From positions 1 through 25,768 of the IMG/VR virus record IMGVR_UViG_3300005914_000081: DNA of 25,768 bases. One strand, given 5' to 3'. The stretch is from a virus. Taxonomy: Duplodnaviria; Caudoviricetes. The notes under the pieces were generated by a model. It saw nothing but the letters and a program-made list of their open reading frames with translations. It was not told where the DNA came from and did no database searches. Shown here piece after piece: positions 9,768-18,344 of the stretch; position 1 is the stretch's first letter; each line of letters starts with the position of its first letter. The position numbers were made by a program, and so were the translations under genes.

Positions 9768-12114
9768 AATATCCTTGCCAACTTGCGTTGATAAAATTAC
9801 AAGGCAAATGACTATCAGAAGCTAGTGTTACTGTAAGTTTGTCACTTTCAGATTGAACAGCAAAGGTGTAATCACCATCAGCTAAATTAACAGTACCTAG
9901 TAATCCTGTTCCTGTAATCGTTCCTGTAAATGTTGTTGATGAATTACTTCTTCCTACTGGTGTAACTACAGTTGTAAAATAACCAGTGTTGTTATAATTA
10001 ACACTCCAATTTCTTATTTGTAATCTACCTTCTTTAATAGATATTCTTGAACCTTGTGCATCAGCTTCTTGTATAAATTGTTGAGAAAATACAAATGTAA
10101 AAGTATAATCTTCTCCAATAAAATAATCATAAGCAGTAATATCTCCTGAAACTACAACAGAAGTGCCTGTTTGTGATACTATAGTAATTTCTTGTCCTGC
10201 TTGATTTGAACCTGTACTTGCTCCTACAATACTTAATGTATTAGTCTTTGTATAAGGTATTGTTATTGTTGTTTGATTAGTACCAGAGTTATAAGTTTCA
10301 CTAACTCCTGATGTACTATTAGTAATTTTTCTATCTAAATGTGTTAAATAATCAGCACTGGTATCAGTTATAGCAGGTGATATGTCCATTGTTTCTAAGT
10401 AGACCCCATCACTTCTCTGGTTCACTATATATAAAGTGTTATCAATAAAATCTATATTTAATATTTTATCTGTAGAAGAAGTACCAAAAGTCCATTTATG
10501 CCATGCACTTTGTAATCTCTTTCCACCAGTTACATAATATTGGTGAACATATATTGCATTTTGTTCATTAGAAGATAATGCCAACATAATGTTTTCATTA
10601 GTTGCAATTGCTAGTTTGAATACTCCTGAAGGAATATATCTAGGCACATTACTTGTAATATCATCAGCACTTTTAGTATCTGTATCTGATTTAACATAAA
10701 ATTCTCTAAAGCCTGTAAATGCTCCTTTTTGAAAAGCAAAGAATACATTACTACCTGAACCTATAGGTTTAACTGAAGAAGATGCTTCAAATTCTGTTGA
10801 TACATTTATTGAAACATTTTCAGGTGTAATTGTACTATTAGTACCTGCTAGTATAAATTGTGTTTGGTCTGAAAATAAAAGTATTCCTTCATCAAAAGAT
10901 ATTGCACTTCTAAGTATTGATACTTTATTGTGTGTAGAAGCTACATCAATTACATCAGTTGCTAATACAGTAGTTACTGTTTCATTAAAAAATGCAAAGT
11001 ATTCTCCTGACCTTGACATAACAACATTCTCATCAGCTAGAAAACCTAATCTATTTTTATGAAAGAACATGTCATTAATTTTTCTACCAATAAAACTAGG
11101 GTCAGGTGCAGAAACTTCATCTCCACTTATTCTTAAACCCCAATTAGGTACAGTATAATCTGTTCCTGATATTGTATAAGTAGAACCATCTACTTGTGAA
11201 AATCTAAAATTACCATCTGCTGTTCTTATTAAAACATGTGGCATTGTAGTGTTGTCTAAAGTTGTCTCCATGTTTGGAGAAACACTCTCTTGCCAAACAT
11301 CACCACTACTATCATATTGAACGTAGTAATCATCAAAACCATTTGTTGCATCACCAGTAATTTTAACAATCATATTATTGATTGCAGGTGAAGGTAAATC
11401 TACGAAATTTTGTACTGTGTCTCCAACTATTTGTGAAGCATCATCTCCATAACCATCACTAGCTGAAACTACTAGAGTTCCTGTAGATTTAATTATTGAG
11501 AAACTTGAAGTTCCAACATCAGCGAATGTAATATTAGCTATAGTTCCACAAGCTGTTTTAACTCCATCTCTAATGGTTTCTGTATTTGTATCTGAACTTG
11601 TAAATGAGAAAGTAGAGCCATCAATAGTTATTGTATATTTTGTTGAAGTAACACCTTGTAATACTGAATAAATAGCTTGTTCAACTTTAGCTGTACTAGT
11701 TGTACCACTCATTGCAGTTGTTTTAGTCTTATTAAGAATAAAAGTATAATCAGCAACAGTCATTGCAACAAAGTCATTCTTAGGGTCTGTTGCTGTTAAG
11801 TAATTAACTGCTCCTGTTTGTAGTGTTACTGTTTTAGAAACACCTGCTGTTGTATAAACTGCTATTACTCCATTAGTAATTTGTACTAAATATCTTTCAC
11901 TAACATCTCTGTTAATAGTGTGTATGTAAGCATTATTAGGTGTTGTACTGCTTAATTTTGCTAAATAAGTAGTAGGGGGTCTTTTTTTTAAACCTTCTAC
12001 AACTGAACTAAAACCATTTTCTTGTGTAGTAGCTTGGCTAGATAATCTCAATACTTCTGGTTGTTGAGAAATACCCTGCACTAAGTTAGGGATAGTCCTA
12101 GAGACTAATGCCAT
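9742..12114 (-). CDS. Tail tubular protein B (T7 gp12-like nozzle)
   Basis: MALVSRTIPNLVQGISQQP start, GLKKRPPT, PSFIGRKINDMFFHKNRLGFL, QSAWHKW, GRLQIR; 790 aa. Confidence 0.95.
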   Translation of the reverse strand: MALVSRTIPNLVQGISQQPEVLRLSSQATTQENGFSSVVEGLKKRPPTTYLAKLSSTTPNNAYIHTINRDVSERYLVQITNGVIAVYTTAGVSKTVTLQTGAVNYLTATDPKNDFVAMTVADYTFILNKTKTTAMSGTTSTAKVEQAIYSVLQGVTSTKYTITIDGSTFSFTSSDTNTETIRDGVKTACGTIANITFADVGTSSFSIIKSTGTLVVSASDGYGDDASQIVGDTVQNFVDLPSPAINNMIVKITGDATNGFDDYYVQYDSSGDVWQESVSPNMETTLDNTTMPHVLIRTADGNFRFSQVDGSTYTISGTDYTVPNWGLRISGDEVSAPDPSFIGRKINDMFFHKNRLGFLADENVVMSRSGEYFAFFNETVTTVLATDVIDVASTHNKVSILRSAISFDEGILLFSDQTQFILAGTNSTITPENVSINVSTEFEASSSVKPIGSGSNVFFAFQKGAFTGFREFYVKSDTDTKSADDITSNVPRYIPSGVFKLAIATNENIMLALSSNEQNAIYVHQYYVTGGKRLQSAWHKWTFGTSSTDKILNIDFIDNTLYIVNQRSDGVYLETMDISPAITDTSADYLTHLDRKITNSTSGVSETYNSGTNQTTITIPYTKTNTLSIVGASTGSNQAGQEITIVSQTGTSVVVSGDITAYDYFIGEDYTFTFVFSQQFIQEADAQGSRISIKEGRLQIRNWSVNYNNTGYFTTVVTPVGRSNSSTTFTGTITGTGLLGTVNLADGDYTFAVQSESDKLTVTLASDSHLPCNFINASWQGYYVTASSRV

Positions 12115-12711
12115 TTATTTTCTACCTATCGTATATGCCTGTTCAGGGGTATCAAAAATACTATAATCACCTGTAGATGCTTCAGCTTGTCTTAGAGTAA
12201 CTAATGCTCTTGCCTCATCTTCTAAAGTAAATTTATGTAAAGTAGTAGCACCTAAAGTTCTATCGTGGAAAACTCTTGCACTTCTTACTGTAATATATCT
12301 TTTACATTGTTCAGGTATATCTGCAAAATCTAATAGATAAACTACTTTCATATTCTCTAAATCTTTTGTGAATACTGAAGTATTTGTAACTAAATTAAAT
12401 AAAATATTATTTCTTTGAACAACATCAAATTCACTTTTTGAATGTAAGTAAGGGTCTAATTCTACTCTCAATACATTTGTTGGTAAAGGTATAGTGTTGT
12501 TTCCACTGTCTCTACTTAATGTAACTTTTGGGTGAGTATTAAAATGCCACCCCATACTTTGAATTTCTCTATTAATTTCGTTTAGTACAGATTTAGCCAT
12601 TGTACCATCTACAGGTAAGCTACCAGTTAAAGTTGATAAAGGTGCTTCACCTATTGTAGAGAGTATAGTATTTACTGCTTCTAGTTCTGTAGTTCTTGTT
12701 TGAATTGTCAT
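12115..12711 (-). CDS. Tail tubular protein A (T7 gp11-like adaptor)
   Basis: TELEAVNTILSTIGEAP...IQSMGWHFN motifs; 198 aa; follows the capsid gene. Confidence 0.95.
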   Translation of the reverse strand: MTIQTRTTELEAVNTILSTIGEAPLSTLTGSLPVDGTMAKSVLNEINREIQSMGWHFNTHPKVTLSRDSGNNTIPLPTNVLRVELDPYLHSKSEFDVVQRNNILFNLVTNTSVFTKDLENMKVVYLLDFADIPEQCKRYITVRSARVFHDRTLGATTLHKFTLEDEARALVTLRQAEASTGDYSIFDTPEQAYTIGRK

Positions 12712-12714
12712 TTG

Positions 12715-12777
12715 TTAAATAAATAAACTGTCTATGAATTTATTGAATTTTTTAATTAGTCTGCAAAATGGACACAT
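12715..12777 (-). CDS. Putative 20-aa micropeptide MCPFCRLIKKFNKFIDSLFI
   Basis: AAGGA Shine-Dalgarno upstream; stop lies 3 nt before the gp11-like ATG. Confidence 0.4.
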   Translation of the reverse strand: MCPFCRLIKKFNKFIDSLFI

Positions 12778-12797
12778 AATTTTTTCCTTGAATAAGT

Positions 12798-12825
12798 GTA
12801 AGGGGTCAGTCTCCCAACCCCCTAC
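12798..12825 (-). terminator. Stem-loop after the major capsid gene (T-phi position)
   Basis: GTAGGGGGTTGG-GAGA-CTGACCCCTTAC, 12-bp stem including G-U pairs with a GNRA loop; only a weak U-tract (ACTTATT) follows. Confidence 0.65.
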
Positions 12826-12844
12826 TGTACTTAATAACTAAGTA

Positions 12845-13795
12845 TTAAGCTGTTTTGATTGAAACACAACTTTCAGGTCTCAAAATGTTACTTCCGACTG
12901 CCATTCTAGCTGTAATCAATGAACCAATTCTTCTAGGGTCAAATGATGTTTCAACAATCAAATCTTTTAATTTGACAGTACCAATAGCTGACTTGTGAAA
13001 TAATATAGCAACGTGATTACTTGCATCTACGTTGTATGTATTATTAGCACCAGTTACAGCAGATGAATTATCAGCAAACGCACTAACACAAGTGTTAGAT
13101 TTGATTACTGGTACTCCACCAATAGATACAACAGTTCCTTTTCCAAAATCACCATTAAGTGAAGAAAAGTCTCTGTTAAGTAACTTGTCATTGTTTGCTA
13201 ACTGATAATAAATATCAGGTGAAACAACACAGTATCTATCTGAGTTTGGTACATCTTTTTCGTCTAGCTTTTGAATACCTTCAAAGATAGAAGCGATTAA
13301 AGATGTTGCATTAGTGTCAGCATCTGCGTCAGTTATTTCATGACCACCATTACCACCTGTAATAGTTGCTGATGCTTGTGAACCAAGAACTGCTAATTGG
13401 ACTAAGTTTTTATCAATAGTCTTAGCTAGGGCTTGACCCATTTCTTTTGCAAAAATCTGACGAATATCAAAATGATTTTTTAATTCATCAATTTCTGCCA
13501 CAAAAGAAGAAGCTAAAAGCATGTCATCAACATTGATGATTTTTTCGTTTTGCTTTATTGCATCTCCTAGTATTTCAGCTCCCACTGCGTGGTAACCTGC
13601 TGTAGTCGTTCCTGTTACTGGAAACGAACTTGACTTTCCGTTATTTATAGTTCTGACATGTGTCATACCTAGCATCAAATTTTCTCTTTGAAAGCTAGAT
13701 AGAACTTCGGCAGAATATAATTTTAAGAAAAGGTCGTTGTAGCCAGTTCCAGTTGCATTAACTAGACCCAGTCTACTTGGTGTTGCGTTAGACAT
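12845..13795 (-). CDS. Major capsid protein (T7 gp10-like)
   Basis: LFLKLYSAEVL, RTINNGKSSSFP, IINVDDML, EMGQALA, LRPE motifs; AAGGAG RBS at 13802-13807. Confidence 0.96.
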   Translation of the reverse strand: MSNATPSRLGLVNATGTGYNDLFLKLYSAEVLSSFQRENLMLGMTHVRTINNGKSSSFPVTGTTTAGYHAVGAEILGDAIKQNEKIINVDDMLLASSFVAEIDELKNHFDIRQIFAKEMGQALAKTIDKNLVQLAVLGSQASATITGGNGGHEITDADADTNATSLIASIFEGIQKLDEKDVPNSDRYCVVSPDIYYQLANNDKLLNRDFSSLNGDFGKGTVVSIGGVPVIKSNTCVSAFADNSSAVTGANNTYNVDASNHVAILFHKSAIGTVKLKDLIVETSFDPRRIGSLITARMAVGSNILRPESCVSIKTA

Positions 13796-13864
13796 AATTG
13801 TCTCCTTTTACGTTATTGTTTATATTTAGTTTAACCTTATCTACTTTTCAATTTAGAGAGTTAT

Positions 13865-13924
13865 CTGACGTATCAGGCAATCATCTGAATTTTAATAAGT
13901 CACCTCTCTTACAAGAGATGGTGA
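13865..13924 (-). promoter_or_regulatory. Two stem-loops in the capsid mRNA leader
   Basis: TCACC(A)TCTCT-TGTA-AGAGAGGTGA at 13900-13924 and CTGA-TACG-TCAG at 13865-13876. Confidence 0.55.
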
Positions 13925-14092
13925 TTATTTCTTTGCTTGTTTTCCTTTGTTCACACCTTGTTTAATAATGTAATTCTGAGTGCCATTAGCACCAGTATTT
14001 ACTTCTTTTTTTAATTCTTTAAATAAAGCCATTTCTCTTATTTTTTTAAAATTCTTTTTTAAATAGCTTTCTATTACTTTGTTATCTCTCAT
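13925..14092 (-). CDS. Small basic hypothetical protein, 55 aa (MRDNKVIESYLKK...GVNKGKQAKK)
   Basis: Hand-translated; ATG overlaps the previous stop (TAATG); not in the ORF track. Confidence 0.7.
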   Translation of the reverse strand: MRDNKVIESYLKKNFKKIREMALFKELKKEVNTGANGTQNYIIKQGVNKGKQAKK

Positions 14093-14199
14093 TATTTTCT
14101 ATAACCTATACCTGTTTTTCTATTAGCCCATAACTTCTTCCATGACCAAATACTAAGTTTGCTAGAATAATGATTTATAAATAATAAAATATTTTTCAC
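14092..14199 (-). CDS. Small hypothetical protein, 35 aa (MKNILLFINHYSSKLSIWSWKKLWANRKTGIGYRK)
   Basis: GTG overlaps the previous stop (TAGTG); its own stop overlaps the next ATG. Confidence 0.6.
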   Translation of the reverse strand: MKNILLFINHYSSKLSIWSWKKLWANRKTGIGYRK

Positions 14200-14321
14200 T
14201 ACTTCCCTTGTCTGTTATATTTTTTATAAATTCTTTTCTCATCTTTGTTTAAATTTTTCTTATGTCTACCAACTTTACGTCTAGATTTTTTCTCATAGTT
14301 ATTACCTGTCGGTTTAGCCAC
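14199..14321 (-). CDS. Very basic 40-aa peptide (MAKPTGNNYEKKSRRKVGRHKKNLNKDEKRIYKKYNRQGK)
   Basis: GTG overlaps the previous stop (TAGTG); exact coupling at both ends. Confidence 0.65.
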   Translation of the reverse strand: MAKPTGNNYEKKSRRKVGRHKKNLNKDEKRIYKKYNRQGK

Positions 14322-14599
14322 TATCTTTTCTTTCTTATTATTCTTAATCCACCTTTTTTATTAAAAGTTAGTTTTCCTTCTTTATCTTTTTTTAGTTCCA
14401 TAGGTATAATGTCAAGGTCAGACAATTTAAGTTTGTAATTATTTCTTTTTAAATCTCTTGCTCTATCAAATTGTGAAAAGTCTTTATATTTTTTATCTGT
14501 TCCCTTAATTTCTCTTATTTCTCTCGCCAATAATTGTAGTTCGGTAGTTGACATATCTTTTAATAATTTTGATTTTCTTTTAATCTTAATTTCTGACAT
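14321..14599 (-). CDS. Basic hypothetical protein, 92 aa
   Basis: Lys/Arg-rich ORF coupled to the holin-like gene by TAATG. Confidence 0.7.
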   Translation of the reverse strand: MSEIKIKRKSKLLKDMSTTELQLLAREIREIKGTDKKYKDFSQFDRARDLKRNNYKLKLSDLDIIPMELKKDKEGKLTFNKKGGLRIIRKKR

Positions 14600-14964
14600 T
14601 ATTTTTTTCCTGTTAATTTATTAGTTAAATTTATTCCAAAACTTCCTGAAATTATTGCAAGAACTGAGTACCAGAAAAGAGGGTCTGCATTTTTTAAAAT
14701 TTCCCAACCTCTTTCCATATAATCCTGAGTAAAGGGTAAAAAATGTGCAACTAAGATTAAGCCAAATATTAAAGTTAAATATTCATCTTTCCATGAATTA
14801 TTACTTGCATTTACTTGTGCAATATTTACATCTTTTAATGCTTCAATTTCTCTGACTTTAATTATTTTATCTATTTCTATGCTATGTTGAATACCACCAA
14901 TAACTTTCTGTCCAATCATTCTAGTTAATGGATTTTTTAAAATAGGTAATATAAAATTAAGCAT
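14599..14964 (-). CDS. Putative holin-like membrane protein
   Basis: SWKDEY motif followed by two hydrophobic segments (LTLIFGLILVAHFLPF; LFWYSVLAIISGSFGI) and a basic C-terminus; resembles GTA-type 3TM holin family from recall. Confidence 0.6.
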   Translation of the reverse strand: MLNFILPILKNPLTRMIGQKVIGGIQHSIEIDKIIKVREIEALKDVNIAQVNASNNSWKDEYLTLIFGLILVAHFLPFTQDYMERGWEILKNADPLFWYSVLAIISGSFGINLTNKLTGKK

Positions 14965-15172
14965 TTCTTGACCTATTATATTTTATAGAAGTTATAGCTA
15001 AATTACTCGGAGAATTATTTTTAGGGTTACCATCTTTATGATGTACGTCTTTACCTTTGATACCAACTCTCTTACTCAACATTCTTCTAGCAAGATTTCT
15101 ACCTGCTCTGTTCTTCTTTTGTTTTTCAGAAGAATGATAATTGTCATACTCTTTTCTATAATCTCTAGACAT
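14957..15172 (-). CDS. Small HNH endonuclease, 71 aa
   Basis: DVHHKDGNPKNNSPSNL...NR HNH motif. Confidence 0.85.
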   Translation of the reverse strand: MSRDYRKEYDNYHSSEKQKKNRAGRNLARRMLSKRVGIKGKDVHHKDGNPKNNSPSNLAITSIKYNRSRNA

Positions 15173-16008
15173 TAAAATACTGAACTGTTCCCTAATTTTC
15201 TTTCTACATTTTTTCTATACACATGGTCTTTCTCATATCTAGGGTCATTTATTGCGTCAGTAACTTGTGATACTGATGTAAATTGGTCGGTAGATATATT
15301 ATTAACATTACCTTCAACAAACTTTTGTTGAGATGGAGATGTAACACCTGCTTTAGCCATAAGACCTTGAACTGCCATTTTTATTTGTTCTGTAGTTCCA
15401 GTATCAGCTAAATCATTAAAAGCATTTTGTTCTGCTTCAGATAAATTAGTTTCTGCCCATGAAATAAGTTCGTTGTATTCTTCTTTACCCCCAACAACTG
15501 AATGTATGTTAGCAGTCTGTGTATCAGCTATAGCTTTTTGTCCTGCAATATAGCCATCAACAAGTTCTTTTGATAACCCTTGTTTAGCTAATTCACCATA
15601 ACTAGCTTCACCAAGTTCACCCTTCTCTGAATATTCTTCTGTAAATTTTTCTAAAGAAGTTACTTGTGGTGTTATTTCATTCTCAACAGTTTTCCCGTCA
15701 TCTTTTGGAATAGTTAAACCATTAGCTTCTTTTTTAAGTGGTTCTGATTTTTGACTAGAGAATTGTTTTTCTAGTTCAGAGTATGCTTTAGATAAATCTT
15801 CAGCACTTTTAAATTTTTCTGGTAACCATTCAGGTCTTTGATTTTCAATAGTTTCAGTTTCAGTGTTTGGTTCACTAACAATTATTTTTGTACCATCTTC
15901 ACTTTCCAAATTATCAATATCAATACCTTGTTCTTTTAAATCTTTAATTTGGTCTTCTATTGATTTCTCTGCTACAGCAGAATTGATTTCTACTTTTTCC
16001 GTTGACAT
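15172..16008 (-). CDS. Capsid assembly scaffolding protein (T7 gp9-like)
   Basis: Acidic; RPEWLPEKF, VGGKEEYNELISWA and C-terminal DPRYEKD..YR..VERKL motifs; follows the portal. Confidence 0.92.
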   Translation of the reverse strand: MSTEKVEINSAVAEKSIEDQIKDLKEQGIDIDNLESEDGTKIIVSEPNTETETIENQRPEWLPEKFKSAEDLSKAYSELEKQFSSQKSEPLKKEANGLTIPKDDGKTVENEITPQVTSLEKFTEEYSEKGELGEASYGELAKQGLSKELVDGYIAGQKAIADTQTANIHSVVGGKEEYNELISWAETNLSEAEQNAFNDLADTGTTEQIKMAVQGLMAKAGVTSPSQQKFVEGNVNNISTDQFTSVSQVTDAINDPRYEKDHVYRKNVERKLGNSSVF

Positions 16009-16017
16009 ATATTATTC

Positions 16018-17625
16018 CTATTGGTTAAGGACAAGTTCATCACCTTCAACATTTGCAGTGCCACCAGAGTTAGCGAATTGTTTTCCCATCTCTATTGCTA
16101 CTCTAGGGTCAGTTGCAGTATTCTGCATCTGCTGTGCCATCTGTTGTTGTTGTGCTTGTTGCTCGTCTTGTTGTAGTTGTTCACTTGATTTAATTAATCC
16201 TGTAGTGTCAATCTGATTTGCTATTGCAAATTTCTTGATTGCATTATCAAGGTTAATATATTTAGCAAGAACGTCTGCACCTAGTGTGTTTGCTAAATCT
16301 GAGATAAACTGAAGTAATTTCAATCTATCTGATTGTCTACCTAATGCTTCCATACCAACAATAATTTTAACTTTAACTATGTCTTTTGGTAAGTCAGGTA
16401 GTAATCCTTTTTGTCTTAACATTGCTAACTTTGTATTAATATAAGGTAGCTGAAACTCTGTTGTTAATATTCCATAAACTCCACCTAATGCTTCTTGAAG
16501 TTCATTCGCAATTAACTGTACTTCTGTAGCAGTAACTCTTTCTGCTTGTCTTTGTACTGACGCATTAAGAAGGAAAGCAAAATTAAGTCTTTGTTCAACT
16601 CTCTGCATTGTTTCCATTGCTACTCTAAAGTCTGCAAATTTATTAGCTTGTAATACAGAAACATCTCCTGCTGAACCTTCAATGATTGCACCATTTGGTG
16701 CTTTAGCAATAGCTGATGCTCTAGTTGTTCCGTTAGGAGCAACCATAAATAACATTTTAGCTGATGCTGATGAACCTTCTAGAATTGCTCTAGTTAATCC
16801 TTCTAAAGATTTTAAATCACCGAGAAAACTTTCAACATGTCCCCTTCCGTAATTCATGCCATCAACTCTATTAAATCTTAAAGCTATAAATGGTAGATTA
16901 TCTGCGTTGTAATTCTTTTCATAAAGTATATGTCCTTTAACTTCTTGATGAACAATATATTTCTTACCTTCTTTTCTAACGCAGGTAAATAAATCCAAAG
17001 TTCTATCTTGTTGTGTGTCTCCTTCTTTACCTAATGCTTGTATTATTTTAACTGGTAAAGTATCTGGTACTACACTTTCTTTAATAATAATTTTTAAAAC
17101 ATGACCCTGTGGGTCTCTTTTAACTACATAGTTTTCTAATCTATAAGTTCTTAAACCTGTATCTGTTAAATGTAATAAGCAATTTCCTGAAACAATTAAA
17201 TGTTTAAGTGCTTCATATACAGCAACTCTATCGTTCTGTACTTCAATATTATCCATAACTGATTTCTCAATTTTGGCTAATCCTTCTTCAATAATTTTCT
17301 TTTGTTGAGGGTCACCTTCAATAGATTTGTAGACTAATTCATCTACATCAATTCTAAAGAATGGTGCTTGTGGTGGGAATAAAGCTAACATCAGTTTTGA
17401 TGCTAAATTCATAACACCTCTACTTCCTACGGATTGGTAAGGTGTACTATATTCAGTGTTTCCAGTATTTCCTTTTGGTGGATATAAATGGGGAATAGTT
17501 AATTCAGCACTTTCTCTTGCTCTTTCTAAATATGTTTCTCTTTCAATCTCTAGCTTTTGGTACTGACCTTCAACTGAGTTTTCTTTATAGCTGTTAGTAT
17601 TTTCGCTTAGTGAGTATCTTTCCAT
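16018..17625 (-). CDS. Portal / head-tail connector (T7 gp8-like)
   Basis: PYQSVGSRGVMNLASKLMLALFPP, YGRGHVE, ERVTATEV motifs; 535 aa. Confidence 0.96.
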   Translation of the reverse strand: MERYSLSENTNSYKENSVEGQYQKLEIERETYLERARESAELTIPHLYPPKGNTGNTEYSTPYQSVGSRGVMNLASKLMLALFPPQAPFFRIDVDELVYKSIEGDPQQKKIIEEGLAKIEKSVMDNIEVQNDRVAVYEALKHLIVSGNCLLHLTDTGLRTYRLENYVVKRDPQGHVLKIIIKESVVPDTLPVKIIQALGKEGDTQQDRTLDLFTCVRKEGKKYIVHQEVKGHILYEKNYNADNLPFIALRFNRVDGMNYGRGHVESFLGDLKSLEGLTRAILEGSSASAKMLFMVAPNGTTRASAIAKAPNGAIIEGSAGDVSVLQANKFADFRVAMETMQRVEQRLNFAFLLNASVQRQAERVTATEVQLIANELQEALGGVYGILTTEFQLPYINTKLAMLRQKGLLPDLPKDIVKVKIIVGMEALGRQSDRLKLLQFISDLANTLGADVLAKYINLDNAIKKFAIANQIDTTGLIKSSEQLQQDEQQAQQQQMAQQMQNTATDPRVAIEMGKQFANSGGTANVEGDELVLNQ

Positions 17626-17852
17626 TAACTAGTAGGGAAATTTAGACCACTACCACCAGATAAAGGTATTCTTAATGAACCCCTTCCTACTCTTTTTCTG
17701 CTGTAGTTTGATGCAACTGTAGTATCTCTTGACGCATCTGTACTTGCTTCAGTTGGTGCTTTTTGCTTTGTAGTAGCATTAGACACTGAAGGTGTAGCAG
17801 GTGGTAAGACCACAGGAGCAGGTGGTGGACTAGGTGCTTTTGGCATACACAT
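17625..17852 (-). CDS. Small virion assembly protein (T7 gp6.7/7.3 position)
   Basis: MCM start, Pro-rich, C-terminal GRGSLRIPL; immediately upstream of the portal. Confidence 0.7.
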   Translation of the reverse strand: MCMPKAPSPPPAPVVLPPATPSVSNATTKQKAPTEASTDASRDTTVASNYSRKRVGRGSLRIPLSGGSGLNFPTS

Positions 17853-17854
17853 AA

Positions 17855-18025
17855 TTAACTCTCCTCTTGAACTTGTTTTTCTTTGATTAAATGATTGACG
17901 ACACTTCTCTGTCCTGCCTTAAACATGATTTGTTTCTCTGTCTCATCTACGTTTGGACACTTATCAGGGAATAGTTCGTCTAAGTATTCAATGATGTCGT
18001 TACTGATTATTGGTTTTTTTATCAT
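17855..18025 (-). CDS. Hypothetical protein, 56 aa (MIKKPIISNDIIEYLDELFPDKCP...GQRSVVNHL...)
   Basis: Hand-translated; AGGAG RBS upstream; fills the gap between neighbours; not in the ORF track. Confidence 0.8.
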   Translation of the reverse strand: MIKKPIISNDIIEYLDELFPDKCPNVDETEKQIMFKAGQRSVVNHLIKEKQVQEES

Positions 18026-18344
18026 TAGATACTCCTAAAGTGTCACCTAATTCATGTCTCTTGCTTGTTATCTCTCCTGCTATGGCAGAATAACCAGTCA
18101 TATCAACAAAATCATCAATATTGAATGTACCCCCCTGACTTCTAGCAATCTTTAGTAAGACCATTAGAGTTGCCACATCTTCAGGTAAAATGATAATGCC
18201 TAACTTAGTTTTGTTTTGTAAATAACTACTCCATAGTCTAGCTATGTTCTCGTGATTACTTACACTATCTCCATTTTGTTTATCTCTATCTGAACTAACT
18301 AGCTTTTTTACTTTGTCCATTATCTCTGTACTTAGCATATTCAT
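18000..18344 (-). CDS. DUF6378-like phage protein
   Basis: DR..Q.GD...N...IARLWS.YL...PEDVA.LM.LLKIAR...D..VD..GY.A pattern recalled for this family. Confidence 0.7.
   Translation of the reverse strand: MNMLSTEIMDKVKKLVSSDRDKQNGDSVSNHENIARLWSSYLQNKTKLGIIILPEDVATLMVLLKIARSQGGTFNIDDFVDMTGYSAIAGEITSKRHELGDTLGVSNDKKTNNQ
18032..18051 (-). promoter_or_regulatory. Candidate phage RNAP promoter at the start of the structural region (phi6.5-like position)
   Basis: ATTAGGTGACACTTTAGGAG closely resembles the SP6 promoter ATTTAGGTGACACTATAGAAG; its AGGAG is also the RBS of the 56-aa gene. Confidence 0.55.

Noticed and set aside
12800-12880. Possible T7 10B-type frameshift extension of the capsid protein
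   Set aside because: Both alternative frames reach a stop within a few codons of the capsid stop; no clear slippery heptamer
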